Assembly (NCBI GenBank): GCA_024653945.1 | Contig: JANLIT010000003.1 | Location: forward strand, 162,936 to 226,935 | Direction: 5' to 3' | From: Candidatus Campbellbacteria bacterium | Lineage (GTDB): Bacteria; Patescibacteriota; Minisyncoccia; Phycocordibacterales; EsbW-18 | Length of the DNA stretch: 64,000 bases | Shown here: piece by piece, positions 1 to 5,722 of the stretch | How positions within the stretch are numbered: position 1 is the stretch's first letter | Layout: every line of letters begins with the position of its first letter | Program-made: the position numbers and the translations under genes | The notes under the pieces: model-generated | Seen by the model: only the letters and a program-made list of their open reading frames with translations | Database searches by the model: none | What the model was told of the DNA's origin: nothing

Positions 1-69
1 CCAAAAGTCACTACGTTCCATCATTGCCTCAATACCTTCTATTTTTTGTTTGATTTCGTTTTCGTCCAT
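1..69 (-). CDS. prfB: Peptide chain release factor 2, N-terminal fragment (runs off the window edge)
   Basis: ATG at 69 reads MDENEIKQKIEGIEAMMERSDFW, matching the RF2 'I..LE..M...dFW' N-terminal helix. Only 23 codons are visible. Confidence 0.6.
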   Translation of the reverse strand, partial: MDENEIKQKIEGIEAMMERSDFW

Positions 70-79
70 ATTTTTACTG

Positions 80-152
80 AGCCGCCTCCCAGATTTGAAC
101 TGGGGACCTACGGTTTACGATACCGTTGCTCTACCAGCTGAGCTAAGGCGGC
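80..152 (-). tRNA. tRNA-Thr(CGT)
   Basis: Reverse complement GCCGCCTTAGCTCAGCTGGTAGAGCA-ACGGT AT CGT AA ACCGT-AGGTCCCCAGTTCAAATCTGGGAGGCGGCT gives a full cloverleaf; CCA is not encoded. Confidence 0.95.
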
Positions 153-210
153 AAGATGCTTCTTCCAACTACCAACCTCTCACTCCCAACTTCTAACTTC
201 CACTACTTTG

Positions 211-484
211 AGCCGATGGCCGGGATTGAACCGGCGACCCCGTCCTTCGTATACACCCTCATTTAAAAACACACACGTATTGAGGGACTAGACTGTATCT
301 TGTACGTGCATAATAGCGACGCATCCCTTGTCAGTCGTTCGAGCCTCCACCTCATGTGGATGCTACGGTCTTGGCCTTGTGTGTAGGTTATTAACCGTTA
401 TTCGGGATACAAAACGCGCATTTCTACGCGAACGGGCAGAATTTCTCCACCATGGACGTGCTCTACCATCTGAGCTACATCGGC
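211..484 (-). tRNA. tRNA-Thr(GGT), split by an intron (exons 484-449 and 247-211)
   Basis: 5' exon GCCGATGTAGCTCAGATGGTAGAGCACGTCCATGGT joined to 3' exon AAGGACGGGGTCGCCGGTTCAATCCCGGCCATCGGCT rebuilds the anticodon arm CGTCC-AT GGT AA-GGACG. Confidence 0.93.
248..448 (-). ncRNA. Group I self-splicing intron (201 nt) in the tRNA-Thr(GGT) anticodon loop
   Basis: The 5' exon ends in U and the intron ends in G. It contains an R-like element (CGAACGACTGA) and an S-like element (AAGATACAGTCTAG) of the P7 core. Confidence 0.88.
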
Positions 485-501
485 TTTATCCTGTTAAGAG
501 A

Positions 502-1107
502 TTACCTTATTTTCTTCATTTTTTCAATCTCACCGACCAGAATATCTCTGAGTTTTTTGTTGTTAAAATAAATGGTCAAAACCCCGTATTGTGTTTTCTT
601 CCGATACGTTCCCACACCAAGTGTCGGAGTAATAATAATTTTCTGAAATTGTTTTTCTTCTATGTTGAGATGTTTTTTCCAAAACTCTTTTGCATCCACG
701 GCTGACATGTCGCGAAAAACTTGAAGTCCGAAATGTAATTTTTTCTCATCTATTTCGTAGCACTTTTTTAGAAATAACAGAAACATTTTAATAAGATGTG
801 GGTCAGTATTACCAAGACGTACAGAATGTGTATTGCTTTTTGTGCCCTCGCCCCAATACAAACCAATTCCTAATCCAAATAAGAACCAATCTTTGTGTGA
901 CACAAGATTCTTACACATAAACGGATTTCCGTTTGGATTATATTTTATGTAGAGCGCGTCTGACCTATTACGACGCGGTAGTTTGTATGTATCCATCCAG
1001 TAACAAATCGTATGTGTTGAAACACCAATAATTTTTGAAATCTCTTGAAGAGACCTCTTGTCTTGAAAATAGAGGCGTTGTATATCTTTTTTTGCAAGAA
1101 AAACCAT
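502..1107 (-). CDS. HTH + LAGLIDADG-like putative homing endonuclease / DNA-binding protein
   Basis: N-terminal HTH (SLQEISKIIGVSTHTICYWM) and a LAGLIDADG-like helix GIGLYWGEG, followed by RLGNTD and a YG motif; ends 17 nt upstream of the intron-containing tRNA. Confidence 0.7.
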   Translation of the reverse strand: MVFLAKKDIQRLYFQDKRSLQEISKIIGVSTHTICYWMDTYKLPRRNRSDALYIKYNPNGNPFMCKNLVSHKDWFLFGLGIGLYWGEGTKSNTHSVRLGNTDPHLIKMFLLFLKKCYEIDEKKLHFGLQVFRDMSAVDAKEFWKKHLNIEEKQFQKIIITPTLGVGTYRKKTQYGVLTIYFNNKKLRDILVGEIEKMKKIR

Positions 1108-1189
1108 CTCTTCAGTAAATCATTTTAGAGATAAAATTTTTCTAAAGAGGTAATACTAAAAAACGCTATTTGGAGTAAGTCTGCAAAAA

Positions 1190-1834
1190 TTAATGTACAG
1201 GAGTTGTTGGTGCCACCGGCTCCATTTGTACACCCTTTTCAAGTTCACGATAGAGATACGTCAACACAAGGAGAGAAAGTGGTGCTGTCACAAGAAGTCC
1301 CAGACCAAATGTAACAAGGGCACCGAACACATTAATCAGAATAACGAGAAGGAAAAAACCAAACAAATTCCATTTGTATCCTTTCGTTAAACGCCAACTC
1401 TCTTTGAGTGATGCAATGGGTTGCATGTTTTTATCAAGAATAAGGAATGGAACAAACATAAGTCCAACTTGTACTATAATTCCGGGAATAATAAGCAGCA
1501 CAAGACCGACAATAACACAGAGACCGGAAAGAATGACAGCAAGTATGTAGTGCCACAATGTCATCCCTCTTTCTTTAAACAACATGTCAAAAGAAATGAT
1601 TCCACCCGCGTACGCTGTCATCGCGATACGAATAAAACCAATGTAGAGCCACCACGACAATACCGCCCCCGCAAGACCGATAATAAAATCTCCGGGACCG
1701 CTGTCTTTGCCTACTTGATTCATAATAAACGATATCGCCCCAATAAGTGCCGTTGAACCAACAAACACCCACACATGATTAGAGAATATTCTCCACGCTG
1801 ACCCGAATGCCTCCTTAATTGATAGTTTTTTCAT
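1190..1834 (-). CDS. Integral membrane protein (DUF975-like)
   Basis: Several TM helices; LLIIPGI and 'SLKESWRLTKGYKW' motifs typical of this family. Confidence 0.7.
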   Translation of the reverse strand: MKKLSIKEAFGSAWRIFSNHVWVFVGSTALIGAISFIMNQVGKDSGPGDFIIGLAGAVLSWWLYIGFIRIAMTAYAGGIISFDMLFKERGMTLWHYILAVILSGLCVIVGLVLLIIPGIIVQVGLMFVPFLILDKNMQPIASLKESWRLTKGYKWNLFGFFLLVILINVFGALVTFGLGLLVTAPLSLLVLTYLYRELEKGVQMEPVAPTTPVH

Positions 1835-1953
1835 GCGATTTCACAAAATCGTGTCGCGCAACTGTCCGCTAAGGCGCGACTATTGTTGTTATTAATTAAA
1901 GCTTAGTAATGGTATTCTCTAGTATATCGTTGCGAGGTGTACAATTCAATGAA

Positions 1954-1982
1954 TTGCGAGTAGTGGTTGTTTATTGTAAAGT
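1954..1982 (+). promoter_or_regulatory. Putative sigma70 promoter for the tRNA-CAT unit
   Basis: TTGCGA-17 bp-TAAAGT, 9 nt before the duplicated tRNA 5' end at 1992. Confidence 0.5.
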
Positions 1983-2032
1983 AGTACCACTGTCGGTGTA
2001 ATCGGGCCGTTGGCCCTCTTGCATCGACAGCA

Positions 2033-2153
2033 TTCGGGGAACATAGATGCTCACGCTCCTCATTTCCTCAAAGTCGAGAGAAAACAAAAACAAGCTCTTC
2101 TTTTCTCTCTTTTTTCGGAAATACGCGCTCGCATCTGCGTACAACCCTCATTT
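2033..2153 (+). repeat. 121-bp structured element, copy 1, abutting the tRNA-CAT 5' end
   Basis: 117/121 identical to 2505-2625 by manual alignment. Long interrupted hairpin (GATGC..GCATC, ATTTCC..GGAAAT, GAGAGAAAA..TTTTCTCTC). Confidence 0.95.
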
Positions 2154-2227
2154 GTCGGTGTAGCTCAGGTAGTTAGAGCGAGGGACTCATAAGCCCTAGG
2201 TCGCAGGTGCAAGTCCTGCCACCGACA
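2154..2227 (+). tRNA. tRNA with CAT anticodon (elongator Met or Ile2)
   Basis: GTCGGTG...AGGGA CT CAT AA GCCCT...GCAGGTGCAAGTCCTGC CACCGAC A cloverleaf. Confidence 0.92.
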
Positions 2228-2228
2228 C

Positions 2229-2273
2229 AGGAATGAAAATAGTCGAGCCTTGTGTTCGGCTATTTTCGTTCCT
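2229..2273 (+). terminator. Terminator-like hairpin after tRNA-CAT
   Basis: AGGAATGAAAATAGTCGAGC / GTTCGGCTATTTTCGTTCCT inverted repeat. Confidence 0.6.
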
Positions 2274-2427
2274 TGTGTGTTTGTTTACAGTAAGGACTTG
2301 CAGATCGGAGCCAGTACTCAACTATTTGAGTGCTGGCGAGATGGGGCCGAGAACACTTAGGATTTTGGCGCAAATGCGCAAAAATCCTTAGAGATTCGTG
2401 GCCAAGTCCTGCCACCGACACAATTCG

Positions 2428-2455
2428 TTGATTTTGGGAGTATTTTTGGTATAGT
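2428..2455 (+). promoter_or_regulatory. Putative promoter for the tRNA-Asp unit
   Basis: TTGATT-16 bp-TATAGT with an extended TG. Confidence 0.5.
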
Positions 2456-2504
2456 ATGACGACCTGGGGTTGTAAGTTGTAAGCAGTAGCTTGCGACTCC
2501 GGCG

Positions 2505-2625
2505 TTCGGGGAACATGGATGCTCACGCTCCTCATTTCCTCAAAGTCGAGAGAAAACAAAAACAAGCTTTTCTTTTCTCTCTTTCTTCGGAAATACGCGT
2601 TCGCATCTGCGTACAACCCTCATTT
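2505..2625 (+). repeat. 121-bp structured element, copy 2, abutting the tRNA-Asp 5' end
   Basis: Near-identical to 2033-2153 and ends exactly at tRNA position 1. Confidence 0.95.
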
Positions 2626-2699
2626 GGAGTCGTAGCTCAACTGGTTAGAGCGCCTCCCTGTCACGGAGGAGGTTGCGGGTTCGAGTCCCGTCGATTCCG
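2626..2699 (+). tRNA. tRNA-Asp(GTC)
   Basis: GGAGTCG...CCTCC CT GTC AC GGAGG...GCGGGTTCGAGTCCCGT CGATTCC G. Confidence 0.96.
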
Positions 2700-2705
2700 C
2701 CTCAA

Positions 2706-2739
2706 ACAAAACCGACTAGCATATGCTAGTCGGTTTTGT
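2706..2739. terminator. Perfect 34-bp palindrome, likely terminator
   Basis: ACAAAACCGACTAGCAT|ATGCTAGTCGGTTTTGT. Confidence 0.7.
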
Positions 2740-3014
2740 CTTGTGTAGATATCGAATCGGCGGGACTCGAACCGAGGACCGACGAAGCCCGCCGCAGGCG
2801 GCGGTCCGAGTGGGGGTCGATGGAGTGAGATTTTTGTGAGTTGTAGACAAAACAAAAATCCACGAGAGTGACCGAGTCCCTCTGAAAACTCTTTGTGACC
2901 GAGTCCCCTCCCTTGTAACCAACCCACACCTTCACGATATATATGAACGTGCGTTATACTGGTGACACCCACTTTTTATAAAGAAGCATTTTATAAATTA
3001 TTAATTATATAGAT

Positions 3015-3791
3015 ATGTATTCACAGCCAACATATTCGCGAGGTATGACAACGGGTGTTGTTGTCCTTGGTATGCTCTTGCTTGCAGGAGTTATTACCGT
3101 AGCCATTATTCGCGACAAAATTGTTGCTCAAGACTGGCAACAAGTAAGTATCACGGGAACAGGAAAAGTCCCCTACACACCCGACGAAGGTACAGTAACC
3201 CTCGGTGTGCATGTTGATAATGCAGTAACTGCACAAGCTGCACTCACACGATTGTCAGACACCATTGCAAAAGTTATTCCCGCGATCGTTGCACTTGGTA
3301 TTCCTGCAGAAGATATTTCAACACAAGCATACAATTTGTTTCCTCAATATTATTATCCTGAAGGAAAACCTGCCGTGATTAGTGGGTACAGCGCTGACCA
3401 ACAACTTTCCATCAAACTCACACTCCAAAATGGCGCCTCTGACACACGTATTGGAAAAGTTATTGAAACAGCAAGCGCACAAGGTGTAAACCAAGTTGTT
3501 GGTGTGGCGTTTACCGCATCAAATATTGAAGACCTCCAACAACAAGCGCTCCTTATTGCCATTGCAGACGCGAAAGGACGCGCGCAAGAAACCGCAGAGG
3601 CAGCGGGTGTTCGACTTAAAGAAGTTATTTCATGGTGGGAAAATCCAATTAGTGTTCCTGGCCTTGTTCCTCAGTATGGTGGAGAAATGGGTATGGGATA
3701 CGGTGGTGGAGATATGAAATCTTCCCCAATGGTTTCTTCTGGAACACAGGAAGTTATCGTGCAAGTAAACCTCAACTACTCGATAAAATAA
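3015..3791 (+). CDS. SIMPL domain (DUF541) protein
   Basis: N-terminal TM segment; motifs 'SITGTGKV..PD', 'GVNQV.GV.F' and 'AIADAKGRA..AEAAGVRL'. Confidence 0.9.
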   Translation: MYSQPTYSRGMTTGVVVLGMLLLAGVITVAIIRDKIVAQDWQQVSITGTGKVPYTPDEGTVTLGVHVDNAVTAQAALTRLSDTIAKVIPAIVALGIPAEDISTQAYNLFPQYYYPEGKPAVISGYSADQQLSIKLTLQNGASDTRIGKVIETASAQGVNQVVGVAFTASNIEDLQQQALLIAIADAKGRAQETAEAAGVRLKEVISWWENPISVPGLVPQYGGEMGMGYGGGDMKSSPMVSSGTQEVIVQVNLNYSIK

Positions 3792-3800
3792 GGCTAGAAC

Positions 3801-3829
3801 TTGCCTTGTGCGTATCAATGCTCTATACT
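3801..3829 (+). promoter_or_regulatory. Promoter of the initiator tRNA
   Basis: TTGCCT-17 bp-TATACT, 7 nt before tRNA nucleotide 1. Confidence 0.7.
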
Positions 3830-3836
3830 TCCCCAC

Positions 3837-3908
3837 AGCGGGGTAGAGCAGTAGTAGCTCGTCAGGCTCATAACCTGAAGGTCGTAGGTGCAATTCCTAC
3901 CCCCGCAA
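3837..3908 (+). tRNA. Initiator tRNA-fMet(CAT)
   Basis: AGCGGGGTAGAGCAG...TCAGG CT CAT AA CCTGA...CCCCGCAA, with an unpaired 1:72 position (A:A). Confidence 0.93.
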
Positions 3909-3915
3909 CAAGAAT

Positions 3916-3944
3916 AAAAAAACACCCCATAAGGGTGTTTTTTT
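3916..3944. terminator. Bidirectional intrinsic terminator
   Basis: AAAAAAACACCC-CATAA-GGGTGTTTTTTT. Confidence 0.8.
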
Positions 3945-3987
3945 ATTCCTCCATCTGTGGTTTTTCAATAGTGAGTGTTTCAACACC
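3943..3987 (-). repeat. Duplicated 3' end of rmuC (att-like direct repeat)
   Basis: 41/45 identical to 4655-4699; encodes GVETLTIEKPQMEE* versus GVETLSIEKPQMEE*. Confidence 0.93.
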
Positions 3988-4052
3988 CGCAATAAGTAAA
4001 TAAAGAAGAGGTGTGCCCATTAGACACACCTCTAGAGTTTCAAGAAGAGCGA

Positions 4053-4595
4053 TTACTGTATGTGCCACAAAATCTTGATTCCGATAAGGAACACCCCGCC
4101 TCCATCGCCTTGTCGAAGAAGTTCAGGAATAGTTCCTAGTCCAACCTCGCCGATAAGACACCTGAACGAAGTGAACGGCCGACAGCCATTTTGATTGAAT
4201 GAGGCCCACGAGTCGTGTGCTGAACCCACACGCTCTCCATTTACACACGGAGTTCCGTGTAACCTACACTCACGAAAGCTTTCTCCGTAAGCCACAACGT
4301 ATGAGCCAAAGGAACGAAGTTCTTTCCACTCACCCCGAGATTCTGCGATGTGCAGTTCCATCCCCACCAACCGTACAGTTGGAAATTCTTTACCAAAGTG
4401 CTCTTTTCTTTCAGCAACAGCCCTCCTAGCCGTTGTCTCCTCCTCAAACAACATAAATCCGTTTGAAGTGATGTTCTCTGAAAGAAATTCAACGCCGTCA
4501 GATACAGACGGTCCAAAGAACACCGCAAGTCCGTTTGGCGTTCGCGGATTCCTTTTCTTAGACATTACGATGGCAAAACCACTCTTATTTTGCAA
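4053..4595 (-). CDS. Orphan hypothetical protein in a cassette bounded by the rmuC 3'-end repeats
   Basis: 180-aa ORF with an AGGAGG Shine-Dalgarno before a TTG start and its own hairpin terminator near 4006-4033; no recognisable family. Confidence 0.65.
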   Translation of the reverse strand: MQNKSGFAIVMSKKRNPRTPNGLAVFFGPSVSDGVEFLSENITSNGFMLFEEETTARRAVAERKEHFGKEFPTVRLVGMELHIAESRGEWKELRSFGSYVVAYGESFRECRLHGTPCVNGERVGSAHDSWASFNQNGCRPFTSFRCLIGEVGLGTIPELLRQGDGGGVFLIGIKILWHIQ

Positions 4596-4654
4596 GGCAG
4601 TCCTCCTCTCAATTCATTATCTGGGGAAATAGTACACCAACGGGGTGAAACCGC

Positions 4655-5704
4655 CTACTCTTCCATCTGTGGTTTTTCAATAGAGAGTGTTTCAACACCG
4701 CCTGTTTCTCCAGCAATACGGACGACGTCTTTATCAATTTTTGCTAACTCTTTGTGTGCAGTGTTAAAATGATTGACTGTTGTTCCGAGTGCAGTTCCTA
4801 ACTTCATCATAAACACATTGTAGTTTGTAATATGACGACCTAATTCACCAACTCGCTTCTGAATTTCTTTTGCTTGATCTTCAATTTGTAAACTACGAAG
4901 TCCTTGCAACACTGTCTGCAAATATGCGAGGAATGATGTTGGTGAGACGATAATTACTTTCTTACCAAACGCATAGTCAATCAAATCGCGCGTGGATGTC
5001 TTCACTGCACCCACTTGATTGATGAGTAAATCGTAGTACACACCCTCAGACGGAATAAACATGAACGCAAACTCCATCGTATTTTCTGCAGGACGAACAT
5101 ACTTACTTGTTTCATCAATACGATTTTTAAGATCTTGTTTAAATGTTTTTTCATACTGCTCACGCTCGGCAGGATCACGGGCTTCAAGAATACGGTTGTA
5201 GTTTTCCAACGAAAATTTTGCATCAATTGGAACAATTTTATCTTTGACAAACACCACGGCATCAACAATTTCACCATTCGCAAATGCATACTGCATTTGA
5301 AACGTTCGTGGAGGAAGCACATTTTGCAAGACGCTCTCAAGATAATACTCACCCAAAATACCTCGTTGTTTTGGATTCTTAAGAATATCTTGGAGGTTTT
5401 GTAGTTGGTCGGCAAACGATACCACTTGTTTGTTTGTCTCATCAAGCTTCGTCAAACCCTCCGTCACCTCTTTGACGATACGCGTTGACTCAGACAGCTG
5501 AGAGCGCATAGAATCATGCATCGTTTTTGCACTCTCACCGAGCTTGGCGTCCACCGTTCGAGACATCTCATTGAGCTGCTGAAGGATGAGTGAGAGCCCT
5601 TTATCTTCCCCTACAGCCTCTTTTTTACGCATAGAGAGCAACACCTGCACACCTATAGCAGTAAGCACGAGGATAGACAATATAATCAATAAGATATCAG
5701 TCAT
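4655..5704 (-). CDS. rmuC: DNA recombination protein RmuC
   Basis: N-terminal TM, coiled coil, 'RGILGEYYLE', 'IDAKF', 'FAFMFIPSEG', 'VSPTS'. Start placed at ATG 5704, after a -10 box. Confidence 0.93.
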   Translation of the reverse strand: MTDILLIILSILVLTAIGVQVLLSMRKKEAVGEDKGLSLILQQLNEMSRTVDAKLGESAKTMHDSMRSQLSESTRIVKEVTEGLTKLDETNKQVVSFADQLQNLQDILKNPKQRGILGEYYLESVLQNVLPPRTFQMQYAFANGEIVDAVVFVKDKIVPIDAKFSLENYNRILEARDPAEREQYEKTFKQDLKNRIDETSKYVRPAENTMEFAFMFIPSEGVYYDLLINQVGAVKTSTRDLIDYAFGKKVIIVSPTSFLAYLQTVLQGLRSLQIEDQAKEIQKRVGELGRHITNYNVFMMKLGTALGTTVNHFNTAHKELAKIDKDVVRIAGETGGVETLSIEKPQMEE

Positions 5705-5722
5705 ATAGATAGTATACACGTT

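Noticed and set aside
328-705. Plus-strand 125-aa ORF
   Set aside because: Antisense to the intron, the tRNA exon and the LAGLIDADG-like gene; no protein-like features.
2010-2972. Several short ORFs, including two similar 'DAHAPHFLKVERKQKQA' peptides
   Set aside because: They are translations of the 121-bp non-coding repeat and of tRNA genes.
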